This document shows positions 9,610-23,406 of a DNA stretch of 64,000 nucleotides, one piece after another. The stretch lies in NCBI GenBank assembly GCA_040767195.1, contig JAXGPA010000005.1:32001-96000 (forward strand), read 5' to 3'. This DNA comes from Syntrophales bacterium. Lineage in GTDB: Bacteria; Desulfobacterota; Syntrophia; Syntrophales; UBA6807. The translations under genes were made by a program, and so were the position numbers. The number at the start of each line of letters is the position of its first letter. Position 1 is the stretch's first letter. The notes beneath the pieces are model-generated. The model did not search any database. It was not told the DNA's origin and was given only the letters and a program-made list of their open reading frames with translations.

Positions 9610-10182
9610 TTAGAGATATGTGGTCATTTCGCTTGCCTTTTTGCGGGGCGTTTTAGCGAGCGTTCCCGAGGGCTTCCCCAGGCAGACGAGAGCGACCGGG
9701 TCTTTCTTTTCATCGATGCCGAGGATGGCCCGGAGGTCCCTTTTTTCGAACAGGGTGAACCAGAGCGTTCCCAGGTCGAGGCCGCAGGCGGCCAAAAGCA
9801 TGTTCTGGATCGCCGCCGCGCAGGCCTGCTGGTATCCCAGGCCGGCGCCTTCCTCCAGGAACATGTCCGCTCCCGATTTCCCGGGGTTCCCGACGACGGC
9901 GATCAAAAGGGGAGCTTCCTTCAGAAAGGTCAGGGAGTATTTTTCAAGCCACTTCCATCCGCTCTTTTCCAGGAGCTTCACCTTGCAGGCGTCGGAAGCC
10001 CCGGCGATCCGGTCCCGGATTCCGGCGTCCCGGATGACGATGAATTCCCAGGGCTGGTTGTTGGCCGGCGAGGGGGCCAGGGTGGCCGCTTCCAGGATTT
10101 TGGCGAGGGCTTCTTCCGTCACCGGCTCGGGGGAAAATTTCCGGCAGCTTCTCCGGTTCGCAAGGGCTTCGAACAAATCCAT
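9610..10182 (-). CDS. Nitroreductase family flavoprotein
   Basis: RRSCRKF, APSPANNQPWEF, AAIQNMLLAA...LGTLW; AGGAGG RBS before 10182. Confidence 0.92.
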   Translation of the reverse strand: MDLFEALANRRSCRKFSPEPVTEEALAKILEAATLAPSPANNQPWEFIVIRDAGIRDRIAGASDACKVKLLEKSGWKWLEKYSLTFLKEAPLLIAVVGNPGKSGADMFLEEGAGLGYQQACAAAIQNMLLAACGLDLGTLWFTLFEKRDLRAILGIDEKKDPVALVCLGKPSGTLAKTPRKKASEMTTYL

Positions 10183-10417
10183 GATGCACCTCCTGTTTTC
10201 TCCGCAGGGACCGAATTTATCATGCGGGCCTTCGGTCCTCGGCCGATTTGTTTCAAACAGTATCACGGGTATTCCCGGCTGGTCAAAGGGAAAGAAAAAG
10301 GCGGGTTTCGCGTTCACGAAACCCGCCTTTCCGAAGGAGGAGGAATGCCACAGAGAGGAGAAATGTTTTCTTGTCGGTCCCCCGTTTCTTAGTCCCGTCG
10401 ATCCGTCCGAAGGATCG

Positions 10418-11518
10418 CTATTTTTTCTTTCCCCGGTTTTCCTTTTCGTCCTTGTCTTTTTTCTCGTCCTCGGACGTTGGATCCTCTTCAGAGTCTTCGT
10501 CTTCGTTTTTGTTCTGAATCAGTCCGTTCATGCGGGACTGGCCCTTCTTGAGAATGGTGATCGTGTCGGAACCCACGAATCGGGAATTACCATCAGTCGC
10601 GTAAGAACGCCCTTCCAGGGTCAGGCTCACCAGATCGCCGTCGTTCAGGGTCTCCAGGTCCAGGGCGGCGAGGATCGCCTGGGTGTCGAATTTGAGCGTC
10701 AGGTCTTCGAAGCCGTCCGTCGCGTAAGCGATCAATCGCTGTTCCGTGACCTCGGGCAGAGGTTCTCCCGGAGCGCCGACATCCTCGTAAGCGGAACGGA
10801 GGGGCGCCACGCCGGCCAGGCGGATGGAAGCGGGATCGACGGTCCGGACGTCGAAATCTTCCGAACCGAGGAGGGCCACGGGAAGAACGCCCCGGCTTTT
10901 CACGTTCACCGGGTTGACATCGGAACCGGGCTTGATGTCCACAACAACAGGGACGAGTTGGTAAATTTCGCCGGTTACCGTTTCGAGAAAATCGGACATG
11001 CCGATGATTGTTTCCTGATCGTCTAAGATGAGATCGGGCACCCCGCTATAGGAGGCTGACAGTTCAATCCTGTACCCCGGGTCATTCTGGAGCGCCCCGC
11101 TGGCTTCGATGGTGAATGAAAGGTTGGGGGGATCATCCGTCTTGGTTGTGTAAACAACGATGGGATCAAGGAGAAACTCGAATAATGTCCCATCCGAACT
11201 TAAATCATTATACCACGGAAGCTCGATCGAATTTTCAAGAACCAGCGTTCCGTCGACATACAGCGTCTTGTATGAACCAGGCCCGGTTTCTTCCACCTCA
11301 TCCAGGGACGCGCCGTAAAGCTCAAAACCGTCTCCAATTGCTTCCAACTCGTTCCCGTCCTGTCCTTCTCCACCGCCCAAGAAGTATTCGTACCATGTGC
11401 CGGCCACCGCTCCTTCGCTTCCCAGGGTCCACTCGCCGGTGGTGGGCTGTGCCGGGGCCGCCGTGGCGATGACGAGGGAGAAAAACAAAACCGCCATAAT
11501 TCCTGCCGCTTTCTTCAT
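10418..11518 (-). CDS. Secreted acidic protein with C-terminal VDIKPGS...NP...GVLPVALL surface-protein module
   Basis: Signal peptide MKKAAGIM...APA; AAAGGAG RBS; D/E-rich N-domain; charged tail. Confidence 0.75.
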   Translation of the reverse strand: MKKAAGIMAVLFFSLVIATAAPAQPTTGEWTLGSEGAVAGTWYEYFLGGGEGQDGNELEAIGDGFELYGASLDEVEETGPGSYKTLYVDGTLVLENSIELPWYNDLSSDGTLFEFLLDPIVVYTTKTDDPPNLSFTIEASGALQNDPGYRIELSASYSGVPDLILDDQETIIGMSDFLETVTGEIYQLVPVVVDIKPGSDVNPVNVKSRGVLPVALLGSEDFDVRTVDPASIRLAGVAPLRSAYEDVGAPGEPLPEVTEQRLIAYATDGFEDLTLKFDTQAILAALDLETLNDGDLVSLTLEGRSYATDGNSRFVGSDTITILKKGQSRMNGLIQNKNEDEDSEEDPTSEDEKKDKDEKENRGKKK

Positions 11519-11654
11519 GCCCTGTTCTCCTTTCCTGTTGAAAAATACTGAAGAAGTTCTCCGTCGTCTAACGGAACACCGAACCGGTTTGAAAGGGTCA
11601 CGCGGAAGCTGCGGCGGGTTTTTCTTCGGGAGGCCGGAACCAGGCACGGAAAAC

Positions 11655-11690
11655 AAAAAAATGCCTTTGTGCTCCGGCACGCAAAGGCAT
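11655..11690 (-). terminator. Intrinsic terminator (riboswitch expression platform)
   Basis: Minus strand atgcctttg...caaaggcat followed by a T-tract, immediately 3' of the aptamer. Confidence 0.8.
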
Positions 11691-11700
11691 CCGTTTCTGA

Positions 11701-11790
11701 ATTATTCGGCAACCCGGCGATCATGGCCCCTCGGCTTTAGACCCGTAGCTTTGCGTCACCGCCTTTCGACGGTTTTGCCCTTTCGTAATT
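11701..11790 (-). ncRNA. Cyclic di-GMP-I (GEMM) riboswitch
   Basis: Minus strand GGGCAAAACCGTC-GAAA-GGCGGTGACGCAAAGCTACGGGTCTAAAG...ATGATCGCCGGGTTGCCG matches the GEMM consensus (GNRA tetraloop, GACGCAAAGC, CTAA receptor, GxTGCC end). Confidence 0.92.
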
Positions 11791-12102
11791 TTTATTTGTC
11801 CCAAAATGGCAGATTCCCGTCCTGCTGTCAATTATCAAATCGCGAAATTACGAAACCCGGAAAAGAGGTTCCTATCCCCCACGAAAAAGCGGAAAAGTCC
11901 GGGAGATGCAACAGGCCGGTAACGATCCATGACGAAATCCTACAAGGATGTATGTTTTTGACGCCCTGTTTCTGCCCGGAGCCGGTCGAGAGCAGATAGT
12001 TTAATGATTTTGGTATGTTATTTTGAGGCACAGTGTTTGCAAACGAAGACGGCAAACGGGGAGGGACGGAACCCCCGGCACCCCGGCACGGGAACGGAAA
12101 AA

Positions 12103-12987
12103 ATGCCTCAGAAAAACGCTTTGAACGACAAAGGGAACGGTGCCATTCCGTTTACCAAGATGTGCGGTCACGGGAACGATTTCATCGTCATGAGCGATGT
12201 GAAGGGCGCCCTGAAAAGGGGGTGGCGGCAAGAGGCCCGCCTGTGGTGCCGTCGCAGGACGGGTATCGGCGCTGATGGTCTGCTCGTTCTCGAGGCCGGC
12301 GGCCGGGGGGATTTCCGGCTTCGGATTTTCAACGCCGACGGCAGCGAGGCCGAAATGTGCGGAAACGGCGCCCGCTGTGCCGCCGCCTACGCCGTGGAAA
12401 ACGGCCTGGCGGGGCAAAACATGACCTTTGAAACCCTGGCGGGAATGATCGAGGGGGAGGTGAGCGGCCGGGATGTGACGATCCGTCTCACCGACGTGAC
12501 CGAATCCAGGAAGGGCCTGTCGGTCGATCTGGGGAAAGAAGCGGTCCTGCAGGCCCATTTCGTCAACTCGGGCGTTCCTCACGCCGTCCTGTTCATGGAC
12601 ACGCTCCAGCAGATACCCGAATTCAGGGTCCCCCTGAAAGACGTGGCGGGCGAATTCGTCCGGAAGATCGGCCGGATGGTCCGCTTTCACCCTGTATTCG
12701 GCGCCGCCGGGACGAACGTGGATTTCGTCGAAGCAGCCGGGCCGGGGCACATCGTCGTCCGCACCTATGAAAGGGGCGTGGAGGATGAGACCCTGGCCTG
12801 CGGCACCGGGGCCGTGGCGTCGGCCATCGCGGCAAGTGAAAGCGTGAACGGGGGATCCCCGCCCGTCCGTGTCGACATGGCCGGCGGAACCCTCCGGGTG
12901 AATTTCGACAGGAGAGGTTCCCGGTTCGAGTCGGTCCGGCTGGCCGGTCCGGTCCAGAAGGTTTATTACGGCTTTATCACGGTATGA
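12103..12987 (+). CDS. dapF: Diaminopimelate epimerase
   Basis: FTKM.G.GNDF, GIGADG, NADGSEAEMCGNG, GVPHAV, TNVDF, ERGVEDETLACGTG; start uncertain. Confidence 0.95.
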   Translation: MPQKNALNDKGNGAIPFTKMCGHGNDFIVMSDVKGALKRGWRQEARLWCRRRTGIGADGLLVLEAGGRGDFRLRIFNADGSEAEMCGNGARCAAAYAVENGLAGQNMTFETLAGMIEGEVSGRDVTIRLTDVTESRKGLSVDLGKEAVLQAHFVNSGVPHAVLFMDTLQQIPEFRVPLKDVAGEFVRKIGRMVRFHPVFGAAGTNVDFVEAAGPGHIVVRTYERGVEDETLACGTGAVASAIAASESVNGGSPPVRVDMAGGTLRVNFDRRGSRFESVRLAGPVQKVYYGFITV

Positions 12988-13000
12988 AAGGATGTGTGCG

Positions 13001-14164
13001 ATGACTGGCGTCATGGCCGACAGGCTTCGAAACATGCCCCCCTATCTCTTCGCCCGGATCGACGAGATGAAGGCCGAGGCCCTTTCCCGGGGGGTGGATG
13101 TGATCGACCTCGGGGTCGGGGACCCCGATATCCCCCCGCCGGAGAAAGTCGCCCGGCGTCTTGCCGAGGCGGTCCATGAAAGGGGCTCTCATCATTACTC
13201 CTCCTACAGCGGCATCGCGAAACTGCGGGAGGCCTTCGCCGGGTGGTTCGAGAAGCGTTTCGCCGTGGTCCTGGATCCGGACAGGGAAATCCTTCCCCTC
13301 ATCGGGTCCAAGGAGGGCATCGGCCACATCTATTTCGCCCTCGTCAATGCAGGGGAAGAGGTCCTCATCCCCGACCCGGGGTACCCCGTTTACACCGCCG
13401 GGGCGACCCTCGTCGGCGCCGCGGCCCGGTATTTTCCCCTCCGGGAGGACCAGGGGTTCCGGCCCGACATGGAAATCCTGGAAAAGCAGGTGACGGCGAA
13501 AACGAGGCTGCTGTGGCTCAACTACCCCTCCAACCCGACGACGGCCCTGGCCGGGCTCGAGGATTACGAGAAGGTGGTTCATCTCGCCCGGGCCGGCGGT
13601 TTTGTCGTCTGCCACGACGCGGCCTACTCGGAGATCGTGTTCGACGGCCGGAAATCGCCGAGCATCCTCCAGGTTCCGGGAGGGAAGGAAGCGGCCGTGG
13701 AATTTCATTCCCTTTCCAAGACCTTCTGCATGCCCGGGTGGCGGGTGGGTTTCGCCGTGGGAAACCGGGACGTCATCGCCGCCCTGGCCAAGGTGAAAAC
13801 GAATCTCGATTCGGGCATCTTCCTTCCCGTCCAGGAGGCGGCGGTGACCGCTCTTCGGGAATGCGGCGAGGACACGGAAAAAATCAGGGCGGTCTTCGAA
13901 GCCAGGCGGAACCGGTTCGTTTCGGCCCTGGGGGCGGCGGGCTGGCATGTCCCCGCGCCGGCGGCGACTTTTTACGTCTGGATGAGGGTTCCCGAAGGGT
14001 CCTCTTCCATGGGCTTCGCTTCCCGGGTTCTGAAAGAATGTGGTATCGTGTGCACGCCGGGGGTCGGTTTCGGGTCCAACGGGGAGGGCTTCATCCGCAT
14101 GAGCCTGACTCTTCCGGAAGAACGGCTGGATCAGGCCATCGACAGGCTTGTCCGGCTTCGCTAG
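13001..14164 (+). CDS. dapL: LL-diaminopimelate aminotransferase (PLP class I/II)
   Basis: PPYLFA, DLGVGDPD, GSKEG, NYPSNPT, DAAYSE, SLSKT...GWR; adjacent to dapF. Confidence 0.8.
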   Translation: MTGVMADRLRNMPPYLFARIDEMKAEALSRGVDVIDLGVGDPDIPPPEKVARRLAEAVHERGSHHYSSYSGIAKLREAFAGWFEKRFAVVLDPDREILPLIGSKEGIGHIYFALVNAGEEVLIPDPGYPVYTAGATLVGAAARYFPLREDQGFRPDMEILEKQVTAKTRLLWLNYPSNPTTALAGLEDYEKVVHLARAGGFVVCHDAAYSEIVFDGRKSPSILQVPGGKEAAVEFHSLSKTFCMPGWRVGFAVGNRDVIAALAKVKTNLDSGIFLPVQEAAVTALRECGEDTEKIRAVFEARRNRFVSALGAAGWHVPAPAATFYVWMRVPEGSSSMGFASRVLKECGIVCTPGVGFGSNGEGFIRMSLTLPEERLDQAIDRLVRLR

Positions 14165-14176
14165 GAAAGGAGCGCC

Positions 14177-15625
14177 ATGGGTTGCCAGGGTTCTCGCGGC
14201 GTCCCGGGGGTTTCCCGGGGATTGAAGGATTTCTGCGGCGTTTTCGGCATATTCGGGGATAAAGAGGCTGTCGGCAAGACCTATTTCGGCCTCTACGCCC
14301 TCCAGCACCGGGGCCAGGAGAGCACGGGGATCGCCGCGGCGGACGGCGGGACCATCCATCTTCACCGGGGGACGGGTCTCGTCGCTTCCGTTTTCGCTCA
14401 CGGCCGCGACTTCCGGAATCTCACCGGGCCGGCGGCCATCGGACACAACCGGTACTCCACAACGGGCATTTCCGGGCTGACCAACGCCCAGCCCCTCCGC
14501 ATCCGGTTCAAGGGCGGGGAGATCGCCGCGGCCCACAACGGCAACGTGGTGAACGCCTATGAGCTGAGAAAGGCCATGGAGGAAAAGGGATCCATCTTTC
14601 AGACCACATCGGACAGCGAGATCGTTCTCCATCTCATCGCCCGGTCCCGGAAGAGGGACATCGAGGAAATGATCCGGGACGGCCTTGCCAGGCTCGTCGG
14701 CGCTTACTGCTTCCTCTTTCTCACACCGGAGAAGCTGGTCGCCGCCAGGGACCCCCACGGGTTCCGGCCCCTGTGCCTGGGCAGGCACGGCGATGCCGTC
14801 CTCGTGGCGTCCGAGTCCTGCGCTTTCGACATCCTCGGCGCCGAATACGTCCGGGACGTCGAACCGGGGGAGGTGGTCGTCATCGACGGGGGCGGCGTGC
14901 GGTCCCTCCGTCTTCCGCCGGCGGGCCGGCGGGCTTTCTGCGTTTTCGAATTCATTTACTTTTCCCGTCCCGACAGCATCATCTTCGATGAAAAAGTCGA
15001 CAAGGTCAGGCGTACCCTGGGGAAAAAGCTGGCCCTGGAGGCCCCGGCGGCGGCGGACATCGTCATCGCCGTCCCCGACTCGGCAAACACGGCGGCGCTG
15101 GGATACGCCCAGGCCTCGGGACTTCGGTTCGAGCTGGGGCTCATCCGCAATCACTACGTGGGCCGGACCTTCATCGCCCCCGATCAGAAGGAACGGGACC
15201 TGGACGTGCAGGTCAAGTTCAACCCCGTTTCGGGCGTGCTGAAGAACAAGCGGGTGGTTCTCGTGGAGGATTCCATCGTCCGGGGGACGACGCTCAAAAA
15301 ACTGGTCCGGCTCATCCGGAAGGCCGGCCCGTCGGAAATCCATGTCCGGGTCAGTTCCCCTCCCATTATTTCCCCCTGCTATTACGGGATCGATATTTCC
15401 AGGAAGGAGGAACTCATCGCCGCCTTCCACCCCGTGGAGGAGATTTGTCGGTATATCGGGGCCGATTCCCTGGCGTATCTCACCGTGGACGGCATGCTCG
15501 ACGCCGTTCCGGAAAGAGGCGACTACTGCACGGCCTGTTTCACCGGGGACTATCCCACGGCCATCCCGGCGTCCTTTGAAAAGAACTGGTTCCCCTGCTG
15601 CGGCGCGGGCATGGAAGAAGAGTAG
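14177..15625 (+). CDS. purF: Amidophosphoribosyltransferase (propeptide and Fe-S type)
   Basis: CGVFG, LQHRGQE, GHNRYST, CVFEFIYF, VEDSIVRGTT, PCYYGID, CTACF. Confidence 0.97.
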   Translation: MGCQGSRGVPGVSRGLKDFCGVFGIFGDKEAVGKTYFGLYALQHRGQESTGIAAADGGTIHLHRGTGLVASVFAHGRDFRNLTGPAAIGHNRYSTTGISGLTNAQPLRIRFKGGEIAAAHNGNVVNAYELRKAMEEKGSIFQTTSDSEIVLHLIARSRKRDIEEMIRDGLARLVGAYCFLFLTPEKLVAARDPHGFRPLCLGRHGDAVLVASESCAFDILGAEYVRDVEPGEVVVIDGGGVRSLRLPPAGRRAFCVFEFIYFSRPDSIIFDEKVDKVRRTLGKKLALEAPAAADIVIAVPDSANTAALGYAQASGLRFELGLIRNHYVGRTFIAPDQKERDLDVQVKFNPVSGVLKNKRVVLVEDSIVRGTTLKKLVRLIRKAGPSEIHVRVSSPPIISPCYYGIDISRKEELIAAFHPVEEICRYIGADSLAYLTVDGMLDAVPERGDYCTACFTGDYPTAIPASFEKNWFPCCGAGMEEE

Positions 15626-15859
15626 AAAAGGACGGCGCTTCGTGGTATAAGTAGCGATTTTCCGGGAATTCCCGGTGGCCCCGGGAAAACAGGCAAAGGC
15701 GACGTTTCCGGGAAGGACTCATGGGAGGGCCGGGGGCGGCAGGATTCGGATCGGCGTTTTTTTCAGGACGGCCCGCCTGCCGGGTCAGGGGGGAAAACCG
15801 GGATTTCGCCTGCCGGCGCCTGGCGAAACCGTCGCTGTTGAAGGGAAACCTTATCGGAC

Positions 15860-16942
15860 ATGAAAGCGTATCTCGCACTGGAAGACGGCAGGATTTTCGA
15901 GGGTCTTTCCTTCGGCGCGGAAGGGGAGTGCTTCGGCGAAGCGGTGTTCAACACGAGCCTCACGGGGTACCAGGAAGTGCTCACGGATCCTTCCTACCGG
16001 GGGCAGATCGTCACGATGACCAATCCCCTCATCGGCAATTACGGGGTGAACCGCCAGGACGAGGAGTCCCGGAAGCTCTGGCTCAGCGGATTCGCCGTCC
16101 GCGAGTTGAGCCCCGTGGTCAGCAACTGGCGTTCCGAATCGGATCTCGACAGCTACCTGAAAAGCCACGGCGTTCTCGGCATCCAGGGAATCGACACCCG
16201 GGCGCTGACGAAGCACATCCGCCTGGCCGGCGCCATGAAGGCCATTCTCTCCACCGTCGATGGAGACCCGGTGACGCTGGTGGGAAAGGCCCGCCGTTCC
16301 CCCGGGCTGGTGGGACGAGATCTGGTGACGGAAGTCTCCTGTGAAAGGCCCTACGAGTACGCTCTTCGGAACGAGCGCACCGTGGTCGTCTTCGATTTCG
16401 GCGTGAAAAGGAGCATTCTCGATCAGCTCGCGGAAAGGAACTGTTCCGTCCTCGTCGTCCCGGCCCGGACGACGGCGGCGGAAGTTCTGAACCTGAAGCC
16501 CGACGGGGTTATCCTGTCCAACGGGCCGGGGGACCCGGCGGCCCTGGATTTCGCCGTGGAGGCGGTCCGGGGGATCCTGGCTGCGGAAACCGTACCCGTG
16601 TTCGGCATCTGTCTCGGCCAGCAACTTCTCGGCCTGGCTCTCGGCGGGCGGACCTACAAGCTGAAATTCGGGCACCACGGGGGAAACCATCCCGTCAAGG
16701 ATCTGGAGAACGACGTCATCGGGATCACCGTCCAGAATCACGGGTTCAATGTCGATGCCGCCACCCTTGATCCGGCGGACGTGGAAATCACCCACGTCAA
16801 CCTGAATGACGGAACGGTCGAGGGATTCCGGCACCGGAGACTCCCGGCCTTTTCCGTCCAGTTTCACCCCGAGGCCGGTCCGGGTCCCCACGACGGCCGC
16901 TGCCTTTTCGACCGGTTCGTGGGGATGATGGAAACCCCATGA
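15860..16942 (+). CDS. carA: Carbamoyl-phosphate synthase small subunit
   Basis: [36 protein letters not shown]. Confidence 0.97.
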   Translation: MKAYLALEDGRIFEGLSFGAEGECFGEAVFNTSLTGYQEVLTDPSYRGQIVTMTNPLIGNYGVNRQDEESRKLWLSGFAVRELSPVVSNWRSESDLDSYLKSHGVLGIQGIDTRALTKHIRLAGAMKAILSTVDGDPVTLVGKARRSPGLVGRDLVTEVSCERPYEYALRNERTVVVFDFGVKRSILDQLAERNCSVLVVPARTTAAEVLNLKPDGVILSNGPGDPAALDFAVEAVRGILAAETVPVFGICLGQQLLGLALGGRTYKLKFGHHGGNHPVKDLENDVIGITVQNHGFNVDAATLDPADVEITHVNLNDGTVEGFRHRRLPAFSVQFHPEAGPGPHDGRCLFDRFVGMMETP

Positions 16943-16961
16943 TGCCAAGGACAGAGGAAAG

Positions 16962-18500
<1,539 letters not shown>

Positions 18501-18516
18501 GAGAGGGGATCCGTTC

Positions 18517-21734
<3,218 letters not shown>

Positions 21735-21738
<4 letters not shown>

Positions 21739-22304
21739 AGATTCTCATCCGGGGCGGCAGCATCCCCGCCGGTCACGGCGTCACCCGGGGATACGGGGAC
21801 ACCCTTCGGGACGCCCTGGCCCCTCGAGGCATTACGGTCGTCAACCGTTCCCGGTTCGGAGAAACGTCCTTCGACGGGATCGGGACCTTCCGGGAGGAGG
21901 TTCTTCCCCTCCGGCCGGACATCCTCATCCTTCATTTCGGCATGGACGACGCCTTTTCCGCCGTCTACCGGTCCGAGTTCAAGGAAAACCTGGTGAACAT
22001 GGTCCGGGTCGCCCGGGAGGCCTTCGATCCCGCCATCTGGCTCCCCACGGGCCACATCCTCGACGATCCCTGGGACATGGACGCCGTGGCCATTTTCTAT
22101 CGGGCCATCCGGGAGGTGTCCCTGGACCTGTCCTGCCGGTTCATACCCCTTCACACGATCTGGGCGGGCGTTCTTCAGGAAAAGGGCCTCCTGAACGCCG
22201 GCCTCCTCCAGGCCGACCAGCGCTACCCCAACGAAAAAGGCCACGAAATCCTCGCGTCAATTTTATTGAGGGACGTCCTTAAAATTTCCAAATTTCACAA
22301 CTGA
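21735..22304 (+). CDS. SGNH/GDSL hydrolase-fold protein with degenerate catalytic motifs
   Basis: Block I GGSI, block II FGETS, block III FGMDD, block V DQRYPN; ATGA overlap with carB. Confidence 0.75.
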
Positions 22305-23402
22305 GGGACGTGCTTAAATTTTTCAATTGACAGTGAAGAAATGACCGTGGTATTGGCCTGAACCATGCCGAGAACAGCCCGCTTGGACGCGCCCGGGGTG
22401 CTTCAGCATGTCATCATCCGGGGGATTGAGCGTCGAAAGATATTTCGTGATGACTGGGACAGGGATGATCTGATCAAGCGGATGGCCCTCCTTCTTCCCG
22501 AAACCCGAACGGCCTGCCTGGCTTGGGCTTTCATGCCCAATCATGCCCATTTTCTTCTCAGGACAGGCGACACGGGAATTTCCACTTTCATGGGACGGCT
22601 TCTTACGGGATACGTGGTGAAATTCAATCACCGGCACCGGCGGCAGGGTCCGCTCTTTCAGAACCGCTTCAGGTCCATCCTGTGTCAGGAGGATCTCTAT
22701 CTCAGGGAACTGGTCCGATATATTCACCTGAACCCCCTTCGGGGAAGAGTTGTTTCACATTTCAGGGAACTGGATCGCTATCCTTACAGCGGTCACAGCG
22801 TCCTCATGGGCATGGTGGAGCGGGAATGGCAGGACACAGAGGCCGTCCTCCTCGATTTCGGAGAAACGACGGACACCGGCCGGAAACGCTATCGGGCCTT
22901 CGTGGAAGAGGGGTTCACCAGGAAACCCGCCGCGAATCTCGCTGCGGGACAATGGGTACGGGGACGGGAAGGCTGGCGGACAAGAAACGGGAACAATGCC
23001 CATGATAGTGAAGACCCGGTGAAAGGGGGAGAGAGAATTCTCGGAGAGACCGACTTTGTCTCCAGCGTTCTTTCAATGGCCGATGAGAAATTCAACCGCC
23101 GGTGGGAACTCCGGAGACAGGGATACGATATCGCCAGGGTCGCCGAACGGGTGTCTGAAGTCCTCGCCGTGACGGCCGAAGACCTTTTTTCATCGCTGAG
23201 GCGGAAAGAGCTGGTGCGGGCCAGGAGCCTTCTTTGCTTTTGGGCCGTACGCGAACTGGGTGTTACTCTCACCCAGATGGCGTCTCTCCTGGGCCTCACG
23301 CCGTCCGCCGTTGGTTATGCCGTCAGCCGGGGGGAATCCCTGGCCAGGCAAGGGAAGTACGAACTTATACCCTGATGGATTGAAATATTTAAGGACGTCC
23401 CC
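22270..23402 (+). mobile_element. HUH/Y1 (RAYT-like) element bounded by 23-bp imperfect inverted repeats
   Basis: Left 22305-22327 gggacgtgcttaaatttttcaat versus reverse complement of right 23379-23401 gggacgtccttaaatatttcaat (21/23 match); third copy at 22270-22291. Confidence 0.75.
22365..23375 (+). CDS. REP-associated tyrosine transposase-like protein (Y1_Tnp) with C-terminal DnaA_C-like HTH
   Basis: MPRTAR, HVIIRG, MPNHAH (HUH), GPLFQNRF, YIHLNP (catalytic Tyr); C-terminal ARSLLCFWAVRELG...TQMASLLG. Confidence 0.9.
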   Translation: MPRTARLDAPGVLQHVIIRGIERRKIFRDDWDRDDLIKRMALLLPETRTACLAWAFMPNHAHFLLRTGDTGISTFMGRLLTGYVVKFNHRHRRQGPLFQNRFRSILCQEDLYLRELVRYIHLNPLRGRVVSHFRELDRYPYSGHSVLMGMVEREWQDTEAVLLDFGETTDTGRKRYRAFVEEGFTRKPAANLAAGQWVRGREGWRTRNGNNAHDSEDPVKGGERILGETDFVSSVLSMADEKFNRRWELRRQGYDIARVAERVSEVLAVTAEDLFSSLRRKELVRARSLLCFWAVRELGVTLTQMASLLGLTPSAVGYAVSRGESLARQGKYELIP

Positions 23403-23406
23403 ATTA

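Noticed and set aside
12977..15430. Long antisense or overlapping ORFs (e.g. 817 aa here; also 7384-9315, 19492-21540, 31556-33280, 44246-46819, 46721-49654, 51783-53774)
   Set aside because: Shadow ORFs caused by high GC3 in well-supported genes; no motifs and biased composition
22270..22327. Direct repeat pair as a mini-CRISPR or classic REP
   Set aside because: Only two copies with a spacer of about 13 bp, no cas genes and no GTAG foot; better explained as element ends
23260..23406. N-terminal extensions in the ORF track (lepA, tetR, nitroreductase, acyltransferase and others)
   Set aside because: They overlap neighbours or regulatory DNA; downstream starts fit RBS position and family N-termini better
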